Of a stretch of DNA of 55,558 nucleotides, positions 47,516 to 55,434 are shown one piece after another; within the stretch, counting starts at the first letter, position 1, and the number at the start of each line of letters is the position of its first letter. A model generated the notes under the pieces. That model had not been told where the DNA came from. It made no database searches and saw only the letters and a program-made list of their open reading frames with translations. This DNA is from a virus. Lineage: Duplodnaviria > Caudoviricetes. A program made the translations under genes and the position numbers. Location: IMG/VR virus record IMGVR_UViG_3300037583_000002, positions 1 through 55,558 of that record, one strand, 5' to 3'.

Positions 47516-47733
47516 AAAAGCCAATCCTATACACCGCCCGAGGATGTAAATTCTGCCCTGACGTTAAATCATATGCTGAGTTAGCTGGCGTAGAACTTGA
47601 TGTTGTTCGCCTTTCGGAAAGTAATCCACATGGCCTCCGCTCAGCGCCAGCGATTGAGCATAATGGTGAGATTTACATAGGGATAGACGATTGTGCGGCG
47701 TTCATTCGCCGCTTTGCGAAGGAGGCCGCGTAA
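47512..47733 (+). CDS. Glutaredoxin / NrdH-like protein
   Basis: LYT..GCKFC, RSAP.I...G....G. Confidence 0.85.
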   Translation: MKKPILYTARGCKFCPDVKSYAELAGVELDVVRLSESNPHGLRSAPAIEHNGEIYIGIDDCAAFIRRFAKEAA

Positions 47734-48767
47734 TGGACTTTGCTGCCAAACTTAAGGCCAAGGCCGCTGAGTCTGGTCAACAAACAATTCAAGGCAAAAG
47801 CAGTACGCCCAAGCCTTCGGACGCTGTGAAAGCTGATAGCAAGGAGGGTCTAGCAGCAATGCTAGGCGCTCGTGCTAAAGAAACAAAACAAAAAGCGGTA
47901 ATCACGCAAGCATCAAAAAACAACAAGATTAAAAAAGCGGGAGATTTGAATGCTCTATCGGATGCACTTAAACAAGCGAAGCAAACGCGAGAAGATGAAC
48001 GCGGCGCAATGGTCGTCGACTTCCCAACAGCAGCTGTCAAAGCCTGGTCATTCTCAACGCTCAAGAAGTTCGAAAACTGTCAATGGGCAGTCAAACTAGG
48101 CAAAGTAGACAAAATCCCTGTTGAGTCTGGTGAGGCCGCACAACGCGGAACAGTCATTCACGACGGCTGCGAGGCATGGGTTCGTGGTGACGTAGAAGAA
48201 TTGCCAGCGGACAACCGCACCAAATTCGACCAATTCTCAGCGGACTTCTCTAGTCTGCGTGAGGACTACCGTGAAGGTAAAATCACGATGGAAGAAAATT
48301 GGGGTATCCGCAAAGATTGGTCGCCGTGCGATTGGGATGACGACGAGCTATGGGGCCGTGCGAAACTTGACGTGTTTATCCGTGAGAATGAAAACTCTTG
48401 CCGCATCATTGACTATAAAACAGGTCAGAAGTTTGGCAACGAAATGAAACACGCTGACCAAGGGCTAAGCTACGCGCTGCACACGATGTACCGATTCCCT
48501 GAGATTGACGTGTTTAAGGTCGAGTTTTGGTATTTAGACGACGGCACCAAGATGGTTCGCACGTTCAACCGTCGTCAGCTGGGCATGTTATTACTTCGCT
48601 ACCATAACCGTGCCAAGAAACTAACAACGACCAAAGACTTCATACCTACAGCTAACGCGCATACGTGCCGTTTCTGTGAGTACGGCTGCAACACTAACCG
48701 TGATGGTAAAGCATACGGTAACGGCGCATGTGGTTTTGACCACTATCGAGGTTTAGATGTTGCATAA
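47733..48767 (+). CDS. PD-(D/E)XK (Cas4/RecB-like) exonuclease
   Basis: WSFS.L..FE.C, RGT.IH, KLD, IIDYKTG, Q...Y, C.FCEY. Confidence 0.9.
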   Translation: MDFAAKLKAKAAESGQQTIQGKSSTPKPSDAVKADSKEGLAAMLGARAKETKQKAVITQASKNNKIKKAGDLNALSDALKQAKQTREDERGAMVVDFPTAAVKAWSFSTLKKFENCQWAVKLGKVDKIPVESGEAAQRGTVIHDGCEAWVRGDVEELPADNRTKFDQFSADFSSLREDYREGKITMEENWGIRKDWSPCDWDDDELWGRAKLDVFIRENENSCRIIDYKTGQKFGNEMKHADQGLSYALHTMYRFPEIDVFKVEFWYLDDGTKMVRTFNRRQLGMLLLRYHNRAKKLTTTKDFIPTANAHTCRFCEYGCNTNRDGKAYGNGACGFDHYRGLDVA

Positions 48768-50142
48768 AAAAGAGAAACCGACATTTAAGCCGTTCGCCCA
48801 CCAAGAGGCATTTGCTAACTTGTGGGGTGATAAAGAGCGCGTGTTGAACTTCGATGGATGCGGGACGGGCAAAACGCTCGCCTGCATTCATGCAGTGAAA
48901 ACGTACTGGCCTGATGCGCGTGTTCTTGTACTCGCGCCACTATCCATTTTAACGCCAGCGTGGGCTAAAGACCTACGTTTCGGCTGGCCCGAAGCAACCT
49001 ACGCTATCGCTGCGGGTACTGCCGCCAAAAAACGTAAAGCCTTCGAAGGTAATGCCCAATGGGTAATCACGAACCACGACACGGTTAAGATGATAGACAA
49101 CGAGGGCTACGCGCCTAAATTCGATGTCCTCATTGTTGACGAGGGTGACGCCTTCCGAAACAGAACGTCCATGCGTTCCAAGTCAATTAACCGTATAGCA
49201 GGTGACATTGAGAAAATGGCACTTATGACGGGTACACCCTCCCCTAACACCATTCTCGACATTTGGCACTTAGCGTTCCTCATAGACCGAGGTGAGCGCC
49301 TTGGCAAAAACTTCTTTGGCTTTCGTCAACAAGTATGTGATCCACAAGTCATTGCGGGTGCGCCAATTGGGGCAACGAAATGGGTTGATAAAGCCGGTGC
49401 AGCAGACCATGTGACACTGATGCTATCTGACATTACTTCCCGTGTTGCGCTTGATGACGTTCAAGAGTTGCCAGAGACCATTTACCGAGAGGTAACGGTT
49501 GAGCTACCTAAGAAGATACGCCGTGACTACGAGTTCCTTAAACGTGAGTCAGTATTGGCGTTGGAGAGCGGCGAAATGCTGAATGCCGTCCACGCGGGTT
49601 CACGTATGCAGAAGCTACTGCAAACGCTGTCGGGTGGCGTGTACAACGAAGATGGATCAGTCATTAACGTACACAAAGAACGTTATGAGCTGGTGCTTGA
49701 TTTGGTTGAAGAGACAGACCACGCGCTTGTTGCGTTCAACTGGACACATCAGCGTGACGGCCTAATAGCCGAGGCCAAAAAACGAAAGATGACTTACGCG
49801 GTAATAGATGGTGACACGCCATCATTGGAGCGTAACCGAATCGTTCATCAATTTCAGCAGGGCAACATTCAAGTGATTTTCGCTCACCCACAATCAGCGG
49901 GGCACGGTTTGACATTGACTATGGCGAATCGTGTTATTTGGGCAAGCCCTACTTATCGTGCCGACCTATACGAGCAGTTTAACCACCGTATCGTACGAAC
50001 AGGCCAAAAACGTAAGACCGAGATTATTCATATTGCGGCTGAGGAAACGGTAGAAGAAGAAGTCTACCAGAAGATGCTCAACAAGCAGATGAACATGATT
50101 GACTTACTAAACACTATCGCAGGACTGTCGCAAGCAGCCTAA
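48757..50142 (+). CDS. SNF2-like SF2 helicase
   Basis: GTGKT, VDEG, MTGTP, AGHGLTL, Q...RI.R.GQ. Confidence 0.93.
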   Translation: MLHKKEKPTFKPFAHQEAFANLWGDKERVLNFDGCGTGKTLACIHAVKTYWPDARVLVLAPLSILTPAWAKDLRFGWPEATYAIAAGTAAKKRKAFEGNAQWVITNHDTVKMIDNEGYAPKFDVLIVDEGDAFRNRTSMRSKSINRIAGDIEKMALMTGTPSPNTILDIWHLAFLIDRGERLGKNFFGFRQQVCDPQVIAGAPIGATKWVDKAGAADHVTLMLSDITSRVALDDVQELPETIYREVTVELPKKIRRDYEFLKRESVLALESGEMLNAVHAGSRMQKLLQTLSGGVYNEDGSVINVHKERYELVLDLVEETDHALVAFNWTHQRDGLIAEAKKRKMTYAVIDGDTPSLERNRIVHQFQQGNIQVIFAHPQSAGHGLTLTMANRVIWASPTYRADLYEQFNHRIVRTGQKRKTEIIHIAAEETVEEEVYQKMLNKQMNMIDLLNTIAGLSQAA

Positions 50143-50173
50143 CCACAACTTTTACATTATAGAGAGAACCATT

Positions 50174-50545
50174 ATGAGCAACTTACCTTTAAACAAATTC
50201 CAAATCACAGCAGCAGACTTTGACCTTGAAGCGTTCAACGAGGCCGTAAAAGACGTTCGCCACACGCGCAAGCAAGTTGTTGAGTTCGGTAGCGACTTCG
50301 AAGAAACACGCGAGAAGTTAGTTGAAGCTGAAGAAGGTTTAAAAAGCGCTATGGCCGACTTGAACCTTGACGAGATAACGAAGCTAACCGCCGAGTGCAA
50401 ACGACTAAAAGCCAAGTTGCAAACTACGCCAGTAACCAAAGTGCAAGCATTCGACGAAGCGATGGACAAGTTACACGCTTTCTTCGAGGCTGGTTGCCGT
50501 GTCCCAAAGGAATTAGCTGAAAACACAGAACAAGAGGCAGCATAA
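50174..50545 (+). CDS. Hypothetical coiled-coil protein
   Basis: GAGAG RBS; leader complementary to candidate sRNA at 51022. Confidence 0.75.
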   Translation: MSNLPLNKFQITAADFDLEAFNEAVKDVRHTRKQVVEFGSDFEETREKLVEAEEGLKSAMADLNLDEITKLTAECKRLKAKLQTTPVTKVQAFDEAMDKLHAFFEAGCRVPKELAENTEQEAA

Positions 50546-50546
50546 A

Positions 50547-50975
50547 ATGTCAGCAGCAGAGAAGTTAAAAGAAGAATTTGACCTATCAGATATCCCCGCT
50601 AGCGAGCTACCAGACCGTAAGGCTGTAGTTACCGAGTTATTTCGCGTACGTCGCGAGATAGCTCTAATAGAAGCTGAGCAATTAAAAGCCCTGAAAGAGC
50701 GTAAAACCGAGCTTGAGAACTACTTAAAGGCAACCTTAGAAGTAGGCGAAAAAGTGGCTTACGTTGGCATAGGCGCTGTATCTATGAGTGAAGAAACACA
50801 GCCCTCTGTTACTGATTGGGACGCATTGTACGAGCACATTAAAGACAATGATGCATTTTACCTTCTACAACGTAAAGTCAATGCAGCGCCGTTCAGAGAG
50901 CTTATTTCGATGGGTGACTCACTAGCAGGTGTAAAACCTGTTCAAGTGCGAAAACTATCGGTGCGTAAAAATTAA
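50547..50975 (+). CDS. Conserved phage replication-module protein
   Basis: V.DWDALY..I......LLQR.V motif common beside phage SSB genes. Confidence 0.75.
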   Translation: MSAAEKLKEEFDLSDIPASELPDRKAVVTELFRVRREIALIEAEQLKALKERKTELENYLKATLEVGEKVAYVGIGAVSMSEETQPSVTDWDALYEHIKDNDAFYLLQRKVNAAPFRELISMGDSLAGVKPVQVRKLSVRKN

Positions 50976-51016
50976 TTAGTAATACTGTTGACTTGTATTA
51001 ACAGTGATACTAATAT
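50974..51016 (+). promoter_or_regulatory. sigma70 promoter with operator pair
   Basis: TTGACT(50988)-17bp-TAATAT(51011); operators 50974-50990 and 50999-51015. Confidence 0.85.
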
Positions 51017-51021
51017 TGCAG

Positions 51022-51099
51022 CCTCAACTGGTTCTCTCTATGTACTTGTTGTGGTTGCTTGCTAACCCCCTACTTCCTAGTCAGTTGTTGGGGGTTTTT
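51022..51099 (+). ncRNA. Candidate ~78-nt trans-acting antisense sRNA
   Basis: Between promoter and AACCCCC/GGGGGTT+T terminator; no plausible ORF; complementary to 50130-50171 and 53216-53237. Confidence 0.65.
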
Positions 51100-51165
51100 C
51101 GATCAAACTATTTGATCCAATGACTCATTAACGATTAACAAATAACGAATATAAGGAATACCATC

Positions 51166-51870
51166 ATGGCGAATAACACTAACGTAGCTGTTCAAGCGGA
51201 AAAATTCGGCGGTGTAGCAACTCTCGAAGAACGTGGCGATTACGTTGGCCGTGGCTCAGAGAATGTAACCACAGACGATTTAGCCATTCCTCGCTTGAAA
51301 TTGTTACAAATGATCAACCCAGAAGTAGAGCCTGGCAACCCTAAACAAGTTGAAGGTGCGCAAGCTGGTATGATCATGAATAGCGTTACAGAAGAACTGT
51401 ACACATCGCTTTTCCTAATCAATTTAAGCTTTACAAAGAAAATCGTTGTATGGCGTAAGCGTAAGTTAGGTGGCGGTATGGTCGGTTCATACGACACAGA
51501 ACAAGAAGCCCTAGACGCACTAGAAGAACAAGGTCTAGCGGTTAAAGACCATGATATTTCTGAGAACCCTACTCACCTAGTATTACTTCTAGACGACGAA
51601 GGTAATCCGAAATCTGTTGCACTACTTGATATGCCGGGGGTTAAAGTCAAAAAGTCACGAATCTGGAATACCCTGATTAATGACGAAGAAAAACAAGGCA
51701 ACCCTCGCTTTGGTTGTGTGTGGCAATTAGGCGTTGTGTCTGAGTCTAATAGCTCAGGTAATTTCTTCAACTACGACGTATCACTTGTAGCTCATGCTCC
51801 TGACGAGTTATACGATCAAGCTGTTGAAATGTATAGCGCTTTATTTGCTTCAAAGACCGAAGCAGCATAA
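51166..51870 (+). CDS. Single-stranded DNA-binding protein (putative)
   Basis: G.ENV..DDL.IPRLKLLQ...P motif of phage SSB-like family; AAGGA RBS. Confidence 0.7.
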   Translation: MANNTNVAVQAEKFGGVATLEERGDYVGRGSENVTTDDLAIPRLKLLQMINPEVEPGNPKQVEGAQAGMIMNSVTEELYTSLFLINLSFTKKIVVWRKRKLGGGMVGSYDTEQEALDALEEQGLAVKDHDISENPTHLVLLLDDEGNPKSVALLDMPGVKVKKSRIWNTLINDEEKQGNPRFGCVWQLGVVSESNSSGNFFNYDVSLVAHAPDELYDQAVEMYSALFASKTEAA

Positions 51871-51892
51871 TAGCCCTACCACTTTAGGGCAT

Positions 51893-51922
51893 TGGCCGAC
51901 TCGTTTTTGGGTCGGCTTTTTT
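51893..51922 (+). terminator. Intrinsic terminator
   Basis: GGCCGACTC/GGGTCGGCT plus T run. Confidence 0.8.
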
Positions 51923-52109
51923 GTGTAAAATATTAAAGCAAAATGAATGAATGTTTAAAGTTTGATCATAAAAATTTACTATTTTTTGAATCTTTAGTTA
52001 ACAATTAATTTTTTATTAAATTTCATAAAATTAACACTTCAAAACACCTTTACAATACTTTACATTAGCGCCTTAAATTTTTGGTGGCCAATGGTAACAG
52101 GAGAATATA

Positions 52110-52658
52110 ATGGTCAGCGATTACATGGTGGACATCGAGTCTATGGGCACGAACGCAGGTGACGCGATTCTGTCAATCGGCATTGTTCCAATGGATTTAA
52201 AAAACAAAAAGATACACAAAGGCTACTACACTCGTATTAGCCTCGAAGATAGCCAAAAAGCGGGTTTCAACATCGACGCGAGTACCGTCCTATGGTGGCT
52301 ACAGCAAGAGCAAGCAGCGCGTGACGAGTTCAAGGGTAACTACGCACATAAGCCAGTTAAAGACGCACTAATCGAGCTAAGCGAGTTTATCGCTGAACAA
52401 TCGAAAGGTGTACCAGCAGATGAGATACGTCTATGGGGTGATGGTGTAGCAATGGACAATGCTCTGATAGCCGAAGCCTTCAAGATTTGTGGCCTCCCCC
52501 GCCCTTGGTCATACAGAGGCGATATGTGTTACCGCACTATTAAGAACCTAACCCCGCAAATTGAACGAGTTGAGCCAACTGTTGCCCACCACGCATTATT
52601 CGATGCGGAGGCACAAGCGCATACTCTATTCAAACGACTAGAGGCGTTAGGCCTGTAA
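52110..52658 (+). CDS. DEDDh 3'-5' exonuclease (DUF5051-like)
   Basis: MVDIES, T..WW..Q, WG.G..MD, HHAL.DA..QA. Confidence 0.88.
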   Translation: MVSDYMVDIESMGTNAGDAILSIGIVPMDLKNKKIHKGYYTRISLEDSQKAGFNIDASTVLWWLQQEQAARDEFKGNYAHKPVKDALIELSEFIAEQSKGVPADEIRLWGDGVAMDNALIAEAFKICGLPRPWSYRGDMCYRTIKNLTPQIERVEPTVAHHALFDAEAQAHTLFKRLEALGL

Positions 52659-53113
52659 TGATTGAGTCACAGTACACAGCGAACGTCGGCAAAAAGCTGA
52701 GTTCTGACATAATGCGTACGTGGAAAATCAACGATAATTTCGCGGGTGGCGTACCTGACGCATTTTATCGGCACCGCAATGGAAAGCGCCCGTTATGGGC
52801 TGAGTACAAATTCATAAAGACACTACCCAAGCGGCCTACGACGGTCGTTAAGCCCGACTTATCTGCACAGCAGCTATTGTGGCTTAATGAAGCTGTAGAG
52901 TCCAATGAGCTTGCAGTAGTGATCATCGGCTGCGAAGCCATAAAACATCAACGACAAGTTTGTGGTGTTGTCCTAACTGACCCTAGCGAATGGGTTAACG
53001 GCATAACCGCCGAAGAATTTGCCAATCGTGCAGAGAAATTAAACTACACAGCTATAGCAGCATTTATTGAGGAAACTACATTAGAGGGGGGGCTTTCAGA
53101 CCATCGATTATAA
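52658..53113 (+). CDS. VRR-NUC / Holliday junction resolvase-like nuclease
   Basis: GVPD...WAEYK...LS.QQ..WL. Confidence 0.8.
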   Translation: MIESQYTANVGKKLSSDIMRTWKINDNFAGGVPDAFYRHRNGKRPLWAEYKFIKTLPKRPTTVVKPDLSAQQLLWLNEAVESNELAVVIIGCEAIKHQRQVCGVVLTDPSEWVNGITAEEFANRAEKLNYTAIAAFIEETTLEGGLSDHRL

Positions 53114-53181
53114 GGAGGCTAGATCGGCTGGAGGCCACTCCGAATGTGGTGTTCATGTCTTAGCAAACGTTAACATATGCG

Positions 53182-53230
53182 TTGACATGTAACAGTGCTA
53201 CTGTTAAATTATGTATAAGCAACACAACCA
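53182..53230 (+). promoter_or_regulatory. Repressor promoter with operator in spacer
   Basis: TTGACA-17bp-TAAATT with TG extension; TAACAGTGCTACTGTTA at 53190-53206; degenerate site at 53214. Confidence 0.85.
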
Positions 53231-53248
53231 CAACGGGGAATTTTTAAG

Positions 53249-53851
53249 ATGGAATACAGTAATGATGTACTAAAGAAAGTACAGCTTGCATGGTCATCCC
53301 ATAAAGATGCTACGGCGCTAAGTCAGGCCAGAGCAGCAAAGGCTATGGGCATGAACCAGTCGGCTTTCAGTCAATATCTGAGAGGGACGATTCCGCTTAA
53401 CACTGACTTTTTGACTAAGTTCACTGCTTTTACAGGGCTAGAACTATCTGACTTCGGTGCTTCCTCGGACACTGTTCCCGAGAAGCCGTTACGAGTATTA
53501 GCAACACTGTCGGGTCGCAAACCAACGAACCCGTCAGTGCTTGTACAAACCATACTCGAATGCGACGAGTCGTATTTCATAGAAGTGGATTACGACGACT
53601 TCGGCCTAAGAAAAGGGTCAATGCTGCTCGTTAATCCAAAGGGTAACGTACGGGATGGCGACAGAGTGGTTTACCTTCGTAAGAAGGGACAACCAATTGT
53701 GTTTGGTGAGCTATCAGAAACCGAAGAAGGCTGGGAGATCTTGGAACAACTCTGGCAAGGTGGAAGACGCTATTTAGTTGACCCTAAAGACGATGTTTTT
53801 AGAGTCGTGTCTGTATATAATCCGCAAGCTAGGGGGAGAAAATTTAGATAG
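53249..53851 (+). CDS. CI-like HTH repressor with degenerate S24 domain
   Basis: LSQARAAKAMGMNQSAFSQYLRG.IPLN HTH; S24-like C-terminus lacking GDSM Ser and catalytic Lys. Confidence 0.85.
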   Translation: MEYSNDVLKKVQLAWSSHKDATALSQARAAKAMGMNQSAFSQYLRGTIPLNTDFLTKFTAFTGLELSDFGASSDTVPEKPLRVLATLSGRKPTNPSVLVQTILECDESYFIEVDYDDFGLRKGSMLLVNPKGNVRDGDRVVYLRKKGQPIVFGELSETEEGWEILEQLWQGGRRYLVDPKDDVFRVVSVYNPQARGRKFR

Positions 53852-53879
53852 AGTACGAGTGTGTACTAAAGGAATTTAA

Positions 53880-54290
53880 ATGCCTGACTCAGCACAACAA
53901 CACGACATAATAGAAAAATCGCCCCACTACAATACCCGTTCGGTGGAGGCTATTCACTTTATTAGGCATATGGATTTTGCGACAGGTAATGCGTTTAAAT
54001 ATATTTGGCGCTACGGCCTGAAAGACACAACCGACTTGGAACGCGGAAAGAGAAATTACTACATTAAGAACGCCCTTATATACAGACCCAACTTTGTATC
54101 TGAGGACGTTGGTCACTGCATGATTCGCATGTTATCAGCAATGGCCGAAGAATTTGAAAGAGAACAATTCGAGCTTTTAGTTGCCCTTATATCTGCCTCT
54201 ATGGGTGACTATGAAATGCTAATCGCGCGTGCTAGGCAGCTTGAGCTGTTCCCAATCGCCGCAGAACACTTACTGCTGAATGGGGGTTAA
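53880..54290 (+). CDS. DUF3310 family protein
   Basis: PHY....EAI......F..GNA.KY.WR.G.K...DL. Confidence 0.85.
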   Translation: MPDSAQQHDIIEKSPHYNTRSVEAIHFIRHMDFATGNAFKYIWRYGLKDTTDLERGKRNYYIKNALIYRPNFVSEDVGHCMIRMLSAMAEEFEREQFELLVALISASMGDYEMLIARARQLELFPIAAEHLLLNGG

Positions 54291-54474
54291 TATGGCTTTT
54301 AACGTTGAGTGGGTAACGCTTAACGCTATGGCTAAGGCAACGGGTTACACCGTTGCCGCCCTACGTAGCAAAATTAAGCGTGGACAATTATTTGAGGAAA
54401 AGCACTGGCGCAGAGCGCAGGACGGGCGTTTACTCATACATGTAGAAAATTTTAACGACTGGCTTAAACAGTAA
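54280..54474 (+). CDS. Excisionase-like winged-helix protein
   Basis: WV......TGYT..ALR.KI..G...E..HW....DGR..I....FN.W; true start may be ATG 54292. Confidence 0.8.
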   Translation: MGVNMAFNVEWVTLNAMAKATGYTVAALRSKIKRGQLFEEKHWRRAQDGRLLIHVENFNDWLKQ

Positions 54475-54482
54475 CACTAATA
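54466..54482. promoter_or_regulatory. 17-bp operator copy at xis-thyX junction
   Basis: AAACAGTAACACTAATA. Confidence 0.65.
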
Positions 54483-54485
54483 AAT

Positions 54486-55349
54486 ATGATAACAGTAAAG
54501 ATTATTGCAGATTCAATCGCCAATGGCGTACGTATTACAACAGCAGAACTTGAGTACCCTAGATTCATTCACGCGGAGCTTATGACTCATCGTGTCTTTT
54601 CACGAAACAGTGCAAGCTCACGCGCTATACCAACAAAGAAAATGAGACAACAAGTATGGAATACGCCAGAGTTGCCAATACACTGGGGCGCGAACCAGAG
54701 TGGTATGCAAGCCCAGACGACCTTAAAGACCCTCCCGTCATCCTTAGCCCGCGCTTTGTGGAAAGGTGCATCGAAAGCGGCATGCATGTTTCATTGGGGG
54801 ATGGAAAAGGTAAAGCTACACAAGCAAGTCTCGAATCGTATATTAGAAACCTTCCAAACAATGAAGGTAGTGGTTACATCGACGGAGTGGGCGAATTTCT
54901 TATGGTTACGCGACCACAAAGACGCACAGCCAGAGATACGTGAACTTGCGCGCCAAATAAGCACGGCCTTAAATAACAGTGTTCCTAATGAACTAGGCTA
55001 TAAGGAGTGGCACTTACCCTACATTACTGACGAAATGCGTGAGTGCTACGAGCTACAAGAGCTACTAATTCTTTCTGTCTCGTGCTGCGCGCAGGTTAGC
55101 TACCGTACGCTCGATATGTCATTCGAGAAGGCATTGCGCATCTTTGAGGCGTTAACATCAGGCGACCGTGTTCATGCCTCCCCTTTCGAGCACCAAGCTA
55201 CGCCTATTCCTACTTACCATAAGCTTACGAAGGCCAAAGCTAAACGTATTGGCGTTACGCACTTTGACGTAGATGGCGATCGTTGGTCGGGTAACTTCCG
55301 TGGTTGGATTCAGCATAGGCAGCTCATTAAGGGGCATGTTGTTTGTTAG
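54486..55349 (+). CDS. thyX: Phage-type FAD-dependent thymidylate synthase
   Basis: PRFIHAELMTHRVFSRNSASSRAIP, NF..LR....AQPEI, HASPFEH. Confidence 0.88.
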   Translation: MITVKIIADSIANGVRITTAELEYPRFIHAELMTHRVFSRNSASSRAIPTKKMRQQVWNTPELPIHWGANQSGMQAQTTLKTLPSSLARALWKGASKAACMFHWGMEKVKLHKQVSNRILETFQTMKVVVTSTEWANFLWLRDHKDAQPEIRELARQISTALNNSVPNELGYKEWHLPYITDEMRECYELQELLILSVSCCAQVSYRTLDMSFEKALRIFEALTSGDRVHASPFEHQATPIPTYHKLTKAKAKRIGVTHFDVDGDRWSGNFRGWIQHRQLIKGHVVC

Positions 55350-55358
55350 AAAATCATA

Positions 55359-55390
55359 TACACGCTCATATGTGGGCGTGTACATTTATT
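55359..55390 (+). terminator. Hairpin/terminator after thyX
   Basis: TACACGCTCA/TGGGCGTGTA stem then AT-rich run. Confidence 0.6.
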
Positions 55391-55434
55391 ACTCTATTAC
55401 ATTTATTTATTATAAATTTTCTATTTTTCACTTA

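Noticed and set aside
50985-51004. CTGT...ACAG between paired operators (also 30520-30539) as SOS boxes
   Set aside because: Spacer is 12 bp, not 8; a by-product of operator pairing
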